Virus record (IMG/VR): IMGVR_UViG_3300035180_000254 | Length of the DNA: 64,000 nt | Source of the DNA: a virus | Reading direction: 5' to 3' (one strand) | Part shown: piece after piece, positions 35,606 through 43,188 of the stretch | How positions within the stretch are numbered: position 1 is the first letter of the stretch | How the letters are laid out: the number at the start of each line of letters is the position of its first letter | Notes under the pieces: model-generated | Seen by the model: only the letters and a program-made list of their open reading frames with translations | The model's database searches: none | What the model was told of the DNA's origin: nothing | Made by a program: the position numbers and the translations under genes

Positions 35606-36219
35606 CACAACGTACCGCAGATGAATGGGCCGACATCCTCACCAAGTGTGGTGTGACCGAGCCGACTACCGCCCTATGGGCGCCGGTGTTCGCCGACGTG
35701 TTCAGCCACTATGACCTCAGCCAGGGTGACACCGAACTCGACGACTTCTTGGGTCAGGTGCTGCATGAGAGCGCACACCTGACACACCTGAGCGAGAACC
35801 TGAACTACAGCGCAGAGCGTCTGATGGTCGTATGGCCTCACCGCTTCCCCACGCTGGAGATGGCCAAGCAGTTTGAGCACAAGCCCGAGCTGCTAGCCAA
35901 CATGATCTACGGCGGGCGCATGGGCAACGTGAACGCTGGCGACGGTTGGAAATACCGTGGCCGTTCGCCTATCCAAATCACCGGCCATGACAACTACGCC
36001 CACGTGGGCGACCTGATGGGTCAGGACCTGGTGAACATGCCTGAGCTGCTGGAGCAGCCGCGCTTCGCACTGGAGGCATGTGTCCTGTGGTGGGAGGCCT
36101 CGATACCGGATGACATCTTGGGCGACCCCGAGAAGGTCACTAAGCGCGTGAACGGCGGGCTCATAGGCCTGGCTGATCGTGAGCAGATCACCAACGAAGC
36201 ACGGGAGGCACTGGCATGA
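35602..36219 (+). CDS. endolysin, glycoside hydrolase family 19 (chitinase-like)
   Basis: 205 aa. FLGQVLHESAHLTHLSENLNYS...YGGRMGN...GWKYRGRSPIQITGHDNY is the classic GH19 endolysin core. Confidence 0.9.
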   Translation: MTQRTADEWADILTKCGVTEPTTALWAPVFADVFSHYDLSQGDTELDDFLGQVLHESAHLTHLSENLNYSAERLMVVWPHRFPTLEMAKQFEHKPELLANMIYGGRMGNVNAGDGWKYRGRSPIQITGHDNYAHVGDLMGQDLVNMPELLEQPRFALEACVLWWEASIPDDILGDPEKVTKRVNGGLIGLADREQITNEAREALA

Positions 36220-36488
36220 GACTGAAGACATACCTGATTGCACTGGCCTTTATCTGGGCGTTCATCGCGTTCAGCAACAAGAGCCACGCACAAACACTCG
36301 ACCCACTCAAGGACTACCGCTATGCAGGACAAGTTGTACGAGCGACTGATGGAGCCACTGCCCGATCCGCCGTCTTCAATATGCAGTGGCTTCCCGACGC
36401 AATTAAATCAGCCAAGGGACCCTTTACCAAGGACCACTTCGAACGACGGGTCTATGAAGGCCACGCCCTTAGCAAAGGCTGTCCTTGA
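36216..36488 (+). CDS. secreted small protein (signal peptide)
   Basis: 90 aa. MRLKTYLIALAFIWAFIAFSNKSHA|Q signal-like N-terminus. ATGA overlap with the endolysin. Confidence 0.55.
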   Translation: MRLKTYLIALAFIWAFIAFSNKSHAQTLDPLKDYRYAGQVVRATDGATARSAVFNMQWLPDAIKSAKGPFTKDHFERRVYEGHALSKGCP

Positions 36489-36489
36489 C

Positions 36490-36702
36490 ATGGAACCTAT
36501 TCGCATCAGCGATGTGGACATTCACCACCCGTTGCTTCTGCCGGAAGCACGTATCGGTTTGGCCTTATCAAAGGACAAGGTAGAGCACTACATCTCGAAA
36601 GGGATGGTGAAGGAAGCACAGGGGGCGGGCAAGGTCACGATGATCATGTTCCAGGCCCTCATCGGTATCAACGACATCGACACAGGATGGGGAGAACTGT
36701 AA
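36490..36702 (+). CDS. hypothetical protein (70 aa)
   Basis: ATG 1 nt after the previous stop. It is the C-terminal part of track ORF 36238..36702. TAATG overlap with the next gene. Confidence 0.45.
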   Translation: MEPIRISDVDIHHPLLLPEARIGLALSKDKVEHYISKGMVKEAQGAGKVTMIMFQALIGINDIDTGWGEL

Positions 36703-37064
36703 TGGGTAAATTTTTGAGCACCTTGGCCGTGGAACAGGTTAACCCTGACCAAGGTACGTGGCGGCTGACACAGCCGCTGTCCTTCCACTCGATCTTCGCT
36801 GGCGTCCTGACGGTGCCCGCAGGATTCGTCACGGACTTCGCTAGTGTGCCACGCATCCCGATCATCTTCGACGTGCTGGGCGACAAGGGCCAGGCCGCAG
36901 CAACGCTGCATGACTGGCTCTACGCGAAGCCGCACCCGCTGGAGACCCGCGAGCGTGCAGACGAGGTGTTGAAGGAGGCCCTGATTGCTCAGGGCATGGA
37001 CGACGCCGAGGCATCACTGATGTTCCTGGGCGTGCGCCTGGGCGGGGAGAGCCACTATGAGTGA
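36702..37064 (+). CDS. DUF1353-family protein
   Basis: LTVPAGFVTDFASVPRIP...AAATLHDWLY motif. Start moved to the ATG at 36702. Confidence 0.7.
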   Translation: MGKFLSTLAVEQVNPDQGTWRLTQPLSFHSIFAGVLTVPAGFVTDFASVPRIPIIFDVLGDKGQAAATLHDWLYAKPHPLETRERADEVLKEALIAQGMDDAEASLMFLGVRLGGESHYE

Positions 37065-37314
37065 ACGCAAATGGTGTGTGATGGACCTGGTGGTCGACCA
37101 CCAGACCGGCAAGCTGCGGGAGACCGCGCTATGGTCCAACATTGGCAAGGCCACGATGACCTGGGCCTTTATCTACACGGTCTTCTATGCCAAGGGCAGC
37201 TTCAGCGAGTTGCTGTGGGCTGCGTACGGCTCCATCGTGGTCTGCCACGAACTGGCCGCGCGCTACTTCAACCAGCAGCAACAGAAGCTGGACAAAGACA
37301 CGCCCAAGCCATGA
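37057..37314 (+). CDS. two-TM membrane protein (class II holin candidate)
   Basis: 85 aa. TM segments ATMTWAFIYTVFYA and LLWAAYGSIVVCHELAA. Charged C-terminal tail. Immediately upstream of the spanins. Confidence 0.5.
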   Translation: MSERKWCVMDLVVDHQTGKLRETALWSNIGKATMTWAFIYTVFYAKGSFSELLWAAYGSIVVCHELAARYFNQQQQKLDKDTPKP

Positions 37315-37802
37315 TCGCCGCGATCACCGCCTTCTTTGGCAAATTCAAGTATGTCTTCGACATCGCAGCCATTGGCGGGTTGATCGCAGCCCTTGCCGTG
37401 GGCATACACCACTACGACGCAGGACAGCGCGCAATTGGAGCAGCCGACATCCAAAAGCGCTGGGACGCAGCAGAAAAGCTGCGCGCCGAGAACGAAGCCA
37501 AGGCCACCAAGCAGCTTCAGACCACTATAGACGCACAGCGGAGCCAGACCAATGCACAAATCACAACCCTCAATACTTCTCTCGCTTCTGCTATTGCAGG
37601 GCTGCGTGACCGCCCCACAAGGCCAGACGTGCCCAACCCTACCAGCTCTGGAACGGGATGCACGGGGGCACAGCTTTTCCGGGGAGATGCAGAATTTCTT
37701 GCAGGGGAAGCTGCCCGCGCAGACAGGCTCCAAGTCCGACTCGACGCCTGTTATTCAGCCTATGACAAGGCCCGTGAAGCCGTGAATGGCTCTAAGCCAT
37801 AG
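37311..37802 (+). CDS. i-spanin (Rz-like)
   Basis: Internal ATG at 37311 of track ORF 37071..37802. N-terminal TM FDIAAIGGLIAALAVGI, then a coiled-coil periplasmic domain. Confidence 0.75.
   Translation: MIAAITAFFGKFKYVFDIAAIGGLIAALAVGIHHYDAGQRAIGAADIQKRWDAAEKLRAENEAKATKQLQTTIDAQRSQTNAQITTLNTSLASAIAGLRDRPTRPDVPNPTSSGTGCTGAQLFRGDAEFLAGEAARADRLQVRLDACYSAYDKAREAVNGSKP
37552..37785 (+). CDS. o-spanin (Rz1-like lipoprotein), embedded in the +1 frame of the i-spanin
   Basis: 77 aa. Lipobox-like LLLLQGC, Pro-rich mature part. Lies fully inside 37311..37802. Confidence 0.75.
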   Translation: MHKSQPSILLSLLLLQGCVTAPQGQTCPTLPALERDARGHSFSGEMQNFLQGKLPAQTGSKSDSTPVIQPMTRPVKP

Positions 37803-37962
37803 AAATCAGTCATAGCGGGCCGAAACCCGCATGCCTAGGGCCTTGCAGCGGTAACGAGGCACCTTGACATGGTGACCTGGGACCAGACCCGCACGGGCGC
37901 GCTGCTGCTGCGTACTCGGGTGAATACGCAGCGGGCAGCGGCTTCATGCAGGCCTAGTGACT

Positions 37963-38625
37963 TCACTGTAGCGCAACCTTCGGTGCGGTCAGTGCGTACT
38001 CAGCGCCGAGCACACTCAGCAGCTGTTCCGGGCCGTGTTCGGGGAACAGCTTCATGTAACGCTCCAACACGACGTTGTCTTCCTCGCCGTTCCACATCTT
38101 GCGGTACGTGCCTTCCTTGTAGCCATTGGCCTGGCGGAACAGGTTCAGCACGTTCTTGCCGAGGTAGATTTCGTACAGCCGGTCCCAGGTCAGGTCGAAG
38201 CGGACCATGAGCTGGGCGAACGCCGGGCCGTTGAGCTGGCGCTGAATCGCCGCACTGCCAGCCAGCAGATCAATCAGCTTGCGGGTCTCCACACCTGTGA
38301 TCTCGCCGAACGCGTCCGGGTCTTCTTCCAGCTTGGTGAAGTAGGCAGCGATCTCGGTGGCCGCAGCCTCGAAGTCGCCTTCGTGCAGCGCCAGGATGTG
38401 GCTCATGGCGAAGTGCCAGATGTCCACCAGTTCCAGTTGCATCTGCCCTCGGGTGTAGTGGCCGTCAGCCTTCCACCATTTCCAGCCTAAGCCGTCCAGC
38501 ATCTCGGCGGCTTCCATGTAGATGGCGCGATACCAGGAGTAGCCAGCGGCCATCCAGTCAGGGTTCACCACCTGGTTCAGCTTGTCTTGTAGTCGGAGCA
38601 TGTCCGATATTTGTTGACGGATCAT
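37963..38625 (-). CDS. dimeric dUTPase-like / all-alpha NTP pyrophosphohydrolase
   Basis: MLRLQDKLN...WYRAIYMEAAEMLD..GWKWWK...ELVDIWHF motif set of the dUTPase_2 family. ATG at 38625 forms an ATGA overlap with the upstream gene. Confidence 0.75.
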   Translation of the reverse strand: MIRQQISDMLRLQDKLNQVVNPDWMAAGYSWYRAIYMEAAEMLDGLGWKWWKADGHYTRGQMQLELVDIWHFAMSHILALHEGDFEAAATEIAAYFTKLEEDPDAFGEITGVETRKLIDLLAGSAAIQRQLNGPAFAQLMVRFDLTWDRLYEIYLGKNVLNLFRQANGYKEGTYRKMWNGEEDNVVLERYMKLFPEHGPEQLLSVLGAEYALTAPKVALQ

Positions 38626-39050
38626 GCTGCGTTCTCGTTGAGCCACAGGATCAGACCGACCTTGTCTGTGGGCACGTCCACTTCAGTCTCAACGACTTCC
38701 TTGCGCGCGAAGCCCTCTTCATAGAGCGCAGCGCGGGCCTTCACGCCCTCAGCTTTGCTGCCGACCCAGAGGGTCTTGGTTACCTTATCGGCAAGGCTAC
38801 CGGATGCCTTGATTTTGTACAGTCTCACGTTTTTCACTCCTTGGTTAAGTGCCCTACGGGCGTCGCGGACCACGCCCAGAAGCGCGTGGTCCATGTCCTT
38901 GGGTGATACCGATAGCGCTATGTGGCGCGGCGGTACACCATCTCGGCTGACCGACAGCACGGTGTGCGTGCGCTGGCGCAGCACCTCCACCTTCACGTCA
39001 TCTCCGAGGGCTTTGATGGCCAGTAACGCGCGACGGTGGATGGCTTTCAT
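38622..39050 (-). CDS. hypothetical protein
   Basis: 142 aa, coding-like. The ATG at 39050 has no SD and lies 4 nt downstream of an AT-rich element copy. Confidence 0.6.
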   Translation of the reverse strand: MKAIHRRALLAIKALGDDVKVEVLRQRTHTVLSVSRDGVPPRHIALSVSPKDMDHALLGVVRDARRALNQGVKNVRLYKIKASGSLADKVTKTLWVGSKAEGVKARAALYEEGFARKEVVETEVDVPTDKVGLILWLNENAA

Positions 39051-39054
39051 TGCG

Positions 39055-39076
39055 TAGTCTTATTTAGATTTTAGAT
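39055..39076 (-). promoter_or_regulatory. AT-rich 22-bp element
   Basis: rc = ATCTAAAATCTAAATAAGACTA. Lies between the HNH stop and the next gene's start. Confidence 0.45.
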
Positions 39077-39675
39077 TTGACGGCTAATTCAAACGAAAGC
39101 TTTTGCACATTCATTCGGTGATAAGTTCGCTGGTATGGAATTTTGAGTTCTCGGCACCACTGCGCCAAAGACTGCTTTTTTCCTCGGTATGCAATAAGCC
39201 TGACGTTGCACCTGTTGTTCTGCACTGCACACGAGGACCATACGCAATTGGCTTTTGAGTACCCTAAGTTTCCGTCGACGCGGTCAATAGACATGCCCAC
39301 AGGACGCTCGCCCATATCGCGAAAGAACGCTTCGAATGAGTCCCACTCAGGTGCCACAGCAATACCGCGTCCACCGTAGTTGGGGTATGAAATGTGGTTA
39401 GGGTTGGAGCAGCGTGCGCGCATTTCCTGCCAGGTCCTGTATGTCCGGCTTACACCCTTCATGTGTGACGCATGTCCGTGGGCGGGAGAACCTATGCGCC
39501 ATATGCACCCGCAGGAAGTCGTCCGCCCTTGACGCAGCGCGTCACCAGTTACCACTTTAAGCCCGCCGCACTTGCACTTGCATACCCAGGCAGCTTTGCC
39601 ACCCTCAGGCAATGCAGGTGCCATGACAGTTAGCTTCCCATAGGCGTTACCCAGCTCGTCTTTAGCCATATACAC
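39064..39675 (-). CDS. free-standing HNH-type homing endonuclease (paralog of the intein-nested ORF)
   Basis: 203 aa. C-x-C-x-C-GG, SCGC, RCSNPNHISYPNYGGRGIAV..W..FEAFFRDMG.RP.G.SIDRVDGNLGYSKANC.W motifs. Visibly lower GC than its neighbours. Confidence 0.8.
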   Translation of the reverse strand: MYMAKDELGNAYGKLTVMAPALPEGGKAAWVCKCKCGGLKVVTGDALRQGRTTSCGCIWRIGSPAHGHASHMKGVSRTYRTWQEMRARCSNPNHISYPNYGGRGIAVAPEWDSFEAFFRDMGERPVGMSIDRVDGNLGYSKANCVWSSCAVQNNRCNVRLIAYRGKKQSLAQWCRELKIPYQRTYHRMNVQKLSFELAVKSKI

Positions 39676-39699
39676 CTCGTAATAAAAGAATCGGATCTA

Positions 39700-40575
39700 T
39701 TATAAATCTAATTTAGACCTTAGACCTTTAAACGAAGGGTGGCGAGGTAGGTCCTTGCGCCCGATGGGGAAGTGGTTGTACGAGACCAGCGCACCGATTG
39801 GAGGGTTTATCCACATCTGTATCCGGTCGGCTTCAGTAAATCCGGTCCCAATATGAAACTCGACCCCACTGTTTATGTCGCGTACGTGAAGAGCGCCCAT
39901 GCGTCCCTTACCGACTTTGTTTTCTTTGTGGCTGCTACGTTTGGTGCGGCCCAGCTCGTTGGTGGTAGCTTCGTTGCCGTTGTGCATCTCTTCGACGACG
40001 CCGAGAACGACGCATTCGTCGGTGAGCATGCGCTTCACCTTCAGAAGGAAGCCCTCCTTGGCGGTGCTGCGGCCGAACTTGTAGGGCGAGTCAGGGTGGC
40101 GCAGGATCACGCCCTCATGGCCAGCCTCTAACGCATTGGCTTCGAACTTATTCAGAGATTCGATGTCGTGGACGGCCACTTGCTCCAATGCCATCAGACG
40201 AACACCCGCGCCACTGACCGTGCGCAGCATGCGCTTGTAGCGGTCGTAGAAGGGGCGGTCTTCGACCTTGTCGAACACGTAGAAGTTCCAGTCCACGTCC
40301 TTCTTATTCTCGGTCATGACACCACTAACCGTGTCACGGTAGCAAGTGGGGCTGTTGGTCGGTCCGACGATCAGCTCGCCGTCCAGACCCTCAAACGAGG
40401 CCTTGCTGAGCACCGCGCTGATGTGCATGTTCGGGATAGGCTTGAGCGAACGGCTCAGGAGCTGGCCTTTGCGCACGATGGCGCGGATACCGTCGAGCTT
40501 GATTGACGCGAAATACCCAGCACTCCAGTCCAGCATGTCAAGGTCAGCGTTAGTTGCGAGCATCGGACGAAACAT
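39700..40575 (-). CDS. ATP-dependent DNA ligase
   Basis: 291 aa. Adenylation motif I SIKLDGIR. Size and motif order match phage ATP ligases. Confidence 0.9.
   Translation of the reverse strand: MFRPMLATNADLDMLDWSAGYFASIKLDGIRAIVRKGQLLSRSLKPIPNMHISAVLSKASFEGLDGELIVGPTNSPTCYRDTVSGVMTENKKDVDWNFYVFDKVEDRPFYDRYKRMLRTVSGAGVRLMALEQVAVHDIESLNKFEANALEAGHEGVILRHPDSPYKFGRSTAKEGFLLKVKRMLTDECVVLGVVEEMHNGNEATTNELGRTKRSSHKENKVGKGRMGALHVRDINSGVEFHIGTGFTEADRIQMWINPPIGALVSYNHFPIGRKDLPRHPSFKGLRSKLDL
39704..39725 (-). promoter_or_regulatory. AT-rich 22-bp element overlapping the ligase 3' end
   Basis: rc = GTCTAAGGTCTAAATTAGATTT. Encodes the ligase C-terminus LRSKLDL* and lies upstream of the HNH gene. Confidence 0.45.
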
Positions 40576-40641
40576 GTTTATTCCTTTTCGGGGTAGTTAG
40601 TGATTTTCGAGCGGCCACCCCACCAGTTAGGTCTACTCGCT

Positions 40642-40875
40642 TCATTTCTTTTTTCCTGCGTTGTAAGCACCCATGACGCGCAGCGCCTTGGTGCTCAAGG
40701 GGTCTCTGAATTGGGCCTGGGCCACAACGGCGTTGAGTGCCTGCGACACCTGGCCTTTGATCTCGATGGGCATGATGTTCATACGCCAAACCTTCTTGGT
40801 CAGGTCATAGACCTCGTAGAGGCCCCAGCCCTGTCGTGCGGCCTCGGCCTTTTCGCTCGGTGTTAGATCGGACAT
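40642..40875 (-). CDS. hypothetical protein (77 aa)
   Basis: ORF track entry. The ATG is embedded in an AT-rich element copy. Confidence 0.55.
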   Translation of the reverse strand: MSDLTPSEKAEAARQGWGLYEVYDLTKKVWRMNIMPIEIKGQVSQALNAVVAQAQFRDPLSTKALRVMGAYNAGKKK

Positions 40876-40886
40876 AGAGTTTAGAT
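40865..40886 (-). promoter_or_regulatory. AT-rich 22-bp element overlapping a start codon
   Basis: rc = ATCTAAACTCTATGTCCGATCT. The ATG of 40642..40875 lies inside the element. Confidence 0.4.
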
Positions 40887-40913
40887 TTCAGGTCAGCGCC
40901 AAAGCGCGTGAGG

Positions 40914-41039
40914 TTACGGAGTCTGTCGAATCGTGATCTGGAGGTGGGGCATGGTGATGTGGATCGTCTTGCCTTCTTCCGTGATGACCACACCAGGGCG
41001 GTCTGCCAGCAGCCTGGGTGCGTATTCCACACCAACCAT
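40914..41039 (-). CDS. possible small ORF (41 aa), in frame with the upstream gene across a TGA
   Basis: MVGVEYAPRLLADRPGVVITEEGKTIHITMPHLQITIRQTP. Same frame as 41058..41285, 6 codons after its TGA. No SD. Confidence 0.25.
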   Translation of the reverse strand: MVGVEYAPRLLADRPGVVITEEGKTIHITMPHLQITIRQTP

Positions 41040-41057
41040 CGGCACGTCCAGGTTCTT

Positions 41058-41285
41058 TCACTGGTAGGCCCACCGGGCGCGTGAGCCACCTTCTTGGGCC
41101 GACGGAACTCGGGTGACGAGCGCCCTGCGCCACATTAGCCCAAGGTAGTCAGAGACGCGGTTTGCGGTAGCCGCATGCTCCCTCACATCAGGCAGATCGA
41201 ACAGCTCATTGCAGTCCATCGCCCGGCCACTCTCACGGAGAGCTATCTCCAGGGCTTGAAGAAGCCCCTTCTCAGAATGTCTCAT
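41058..41285 (-). CDS. hypothetical winged-helix-like protein (75 aa)
   Basis: ORF track entry. LLQALEIALRESGRAMDCNELFDL...VSDYLGLMWRRALV has a wHTH-like pattern. A palindrome lies immediately upstream. Confidence 0.5.
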   Translation of the reverse strand: MRHSEKGLLQALEIALRESGRAMDCNELFDLPDVREHAATANRVSDYLGLMWRRALVTRVPSAQEGGSRARWAYQ

Positions 41286-41296
41286 TTCTTTCTTCT

Positions 41297-41311
41297 ATCG
41301 AATCATTCGAT
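41297..41311. promoter_or_regulatory. 15-bp perfect palindrome (candidate operator)
   Basis: ATCGAAT-C-ATTCGAT, 12 nt upstream of the ATG at 41285. Confidence 0.35.
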
Positions 41312-41312
41312 T

Positions 41313-41468
41313 CTAATCTCTATACGCGTCGAAACGTCGAGATGGACGTGTAACACGCTTACCCTCACGGGCGCGGCGAGCCATGTAGTAGAGGAGCAGC
41401 GAGGTCGAGACGGTCTGGTACACCGCTCGCAAAACCCGCGCTGTCGTAAACAGAGTGGTGAAGTTCAT
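41313..41468 (-). CDS. hypothetical small protein (51 aa)
   Basis: ATG at 41468 forms an ATGA overlap with the upstream gene. MNFTTLFTTARVLRAVYQTVSTSLLLYYMARRAREGK... Confidence 0.4.
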   Translation of the reverse strand: MNFTTLFTTARVLRAVYQTVSTSLLLYYMARRAREGKRVTRPSRRFDAYRD

Positions 41469-41860
41469 TGCACAAGCCTTTGGATGATCGCCGCCAGCTC
41501 CTTGCGCGTTTTGTGAAGACGCAGGAAGTCGACGGCTGTAAACGTGTCGTCCCAATCTTCATTGGGCAACCACACACCACCGTCCTTGTGGCCGACGATC
41601 ACACCTACGAAACGGCCCTCAGCGTGTCGACCCTTCAGCCACTCCTGTTGGAGCTTCGAGAGGTCGATCTTGATAACCGTGTCCACGCGCTTGGGCATGG
41701 TGATGAACTTGTACTCCACCCAGAGATCAGCACCGGCACCGGAGTACCACACATCAGGCACACCACCCAGGTAGGGATTATTGTTTTTCATGTGATACAC
41801 CGTGCTGGGCAGGTGCTTGTTCACGCTGTTCGTGAACGTGGTCTCTGGCTTGGCGCTCAT
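41465..41860 (-). CDS. PD-(D/E)XK-type nuclease (VRR-NUC/resolvase-like)
   Basis: 131 aa. GVPDVWYSG...ADLWVEYKF fits a D...E-x-K signature. Confidence 0.55.
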   Translation of the reverse strand: MSAKPETTFTNSVNKHLPSTVYHMKNNNPYLGGVPDVWYSGAGADLWVEYKFITMPKRVDTVIKIDLSKLQQEWLKGRHAEGRFVGVIVGHKDGGVWLPNEDWDDTFTAVDFLRLHKTRKELAAIIQRLVQ

Positions 41861-42159
41861 CCGCGCTTCTTCGAGGGCACGACCTTCTTGGCGGCTTCGT
41901 CGTCCAACAGGCGTTTCTCCACCAGGCGCGTGTAGCCGATGATGTCGGTCCAGCTGTCGATATAGTTCACATCGCCGTTCAGGACGCGCCCGATTTTGTG
42001 CTGCACCATCTCCAGTGCTTCCTTCTGGTCAGCAGTCAGCTCGGCCCACTTGGGCGAGGCGTGCATGACGGCCTTCAGGTCCTGGGTGATCTGAGCGTGG
42101 CCGACGAATGCACCATAGCGCGTGCCACGTTCTTCGAGGGTGTTGTCGATGGTGCTCAT
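41857..42159 (-). CDS. conserved phage protein (DUF1599/DUF6378-like)
   Basis: 100 aa. ERGTRYG...HKIGRVLNGD..YIDSWTDIIGY motif. Family assignment is from memory. Confidence 0.5.
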   Translation of the reverse strand: MSTIDNTLEERGTRYGAFVGHAQITQDLKAVMHASPKWAELTADQKEALEMVQHKIGRVLNGDVNYIDSWTDIIGYTRLVEKRLLDDEAAKKVVPSKKRG

Positions 42160-42530
42160 GCCTTCTGCACCTCATTAATGTAGTCGAAGAACTCGACCAG
42201 GGCGTGGCGGTTCTTGAAGCGGAAGCCGTCTTTGCCGTCGTTACTCGACACGGCCTCGACGCCTTCGCCTTCCAGGAACAGGACGAACATGTCGTCGACA
42301 CGCTCCATGCCCACGTTGATGTGGTTGCCCTTGCCTTCGACGACGGTCGGGCCGACTTCCATGTTCGCACCGCCTTCACGGCGGGCAATGTATGCGGGGC
42401 AGTTGCAGGCATCGGGGGCTGAACCTTCGCGCTCGGCTTCAGCACGCTTCAGTGCTTCCTGGATGAAGTCGCCCAGAGACTTCGCCGGGTTTGTGGGTTT
42501 GGCCTGCTCGGCCTTTTCTTTTTCAGTCAT
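42156..42530 (-). CDS. hypothetical protein
   Basis: 124 aa. Overlapping start/stop arrangement within the operon. Confidence 0.55.
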   Translation of the reverse strand: MTEKEKAEQAKPTNPAKSLGDFIQEALKRAEAEREGSAPDACNCPAYIARREGGANMEVGPTVVEGKGNHINVGMERVDDMFVLFLEGEGVEAVSSNDGKDGFRFKNRHALVEFFDYINEVQKA

Positions 42531-43078
42531 GTCTTCGCCTTGGTTTTCAAGAACAGGGCCTTGTGAATTGCGCTCACCGTCTGGGCCTGCTGATATGCGT
42601 CAGACAACGCGTTGTGCTTGACTCCCAAAGGCGGGACACGAATGTCCTTAGCTCCGGGCAAATTCTTGTAGGTGCGGAAGCAGCGAGAGTTCCAGAACTT
42701 CCACGGAATCTCAATGCCTTGCTGTGTGTACGCATGTGCCAGCATGGGCAGATCAAAGTCCGCGCCGTTGGACCACATCTCGTACTTGTCGGTGCCGATC
42801 CAGTCGCTGAACTCGACCAGGCCAGCGCCAAGGGTTTCCTTGGCTTCATGGAAGACCGCCTGTGCTGCGACGTCTTGCTTCATCCACCAGATCAGCGTGT
42901 CCTCGCTGATGCGTCGCTTCCACTCCAGGTTCGACTCGATAGAGATCGAACGGTAGAAGCCGTCGTTGTCGATCTCGCCGGTAGCGAGGTCAAACTTCAC
43001 AGCGCCAATCGACAGAATAACTGCGTCGGCGGTAGTGCCTAAAGTTTCGAGATCACACATCACGTGCTTCATGCACAA
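42527..43078 (-). CDS. DnaQ-like 3'-5' exonuclease (DEDDh)
   Basis: 183 aa. MCDLETLG (Exo I), WSNGADFDLPML (Exo II), HNALSDA (Exo III). AAGGGAG SD. Confidence 0.85.
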   Translation of the reverse strand: MCMKHVMCDLETLGTTADAVILSIGAVKFDLATGEIDNDGFYRSISIESNLEWKRRISEDTLIWWMKQDVAAQAVFHEAKETLGAGLVEFSDWIGTDKYEMWSNGADFDLPMLAHAYTQQGIEIPWKFWNSRCFRTYKNLPGAKDIRVPPLGVKHNALSDAYQQAQTVSAIHKALFLKTKAKT

Positions 43079-43099
43079 CTCCCTTGTTCGGTTAATTGA

Positions 43100-43123
43100 C
43101 GATCTGCTTTAGAGCGCAGATCG
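43100..43123 (-). promoter_or_regulatory. AT-rich element copy folded into an 8-bp hairpin
   Basis: CGATCTGC-TTTAGAGC-GCAGATCG. rc of 43100-43114 (CTCTAAAGCAGATCG) is identical to 35195-35209. Confidence 0.45.
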
Positions 43124-43126
43124 GAC

Positions 43127-43180
43127 GCGAATAGTACGAGGGGTTACGGATAAACCCTATAGCCCGTTCGGACTATTCGC
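43127..43180 (-). other. 54-nt element closed by a 9-bp stem (possible terminator or structured RNA)
   Basis: GCGAATAGT ... ACTATTCGC with an inner GGGTT/AACCC hairpin. Lies just downstream of the stop at 43189. Confidence 0.35.
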
Positions 43181-43188
43181 GGCATCAC

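Noticed and set aside
37803-37962. Bidirectional terminator between the convergent lysis and early operons
   Set aside because: Only short stems are present (GCGGG/CCCGC at 37816-37831; CTGCGTA/TACGCAG at 37908-37931). Neither has a flanking U/A tract, so the support is too weak to annotate.
43127-43180. tRNA or tRNA-like gene
   Set aside because: It is only 54 nt, with no T-loop (GTTCRANNC) or D-loop consensus and no cloverleaf. No other intergenic gap shows tRNA features.
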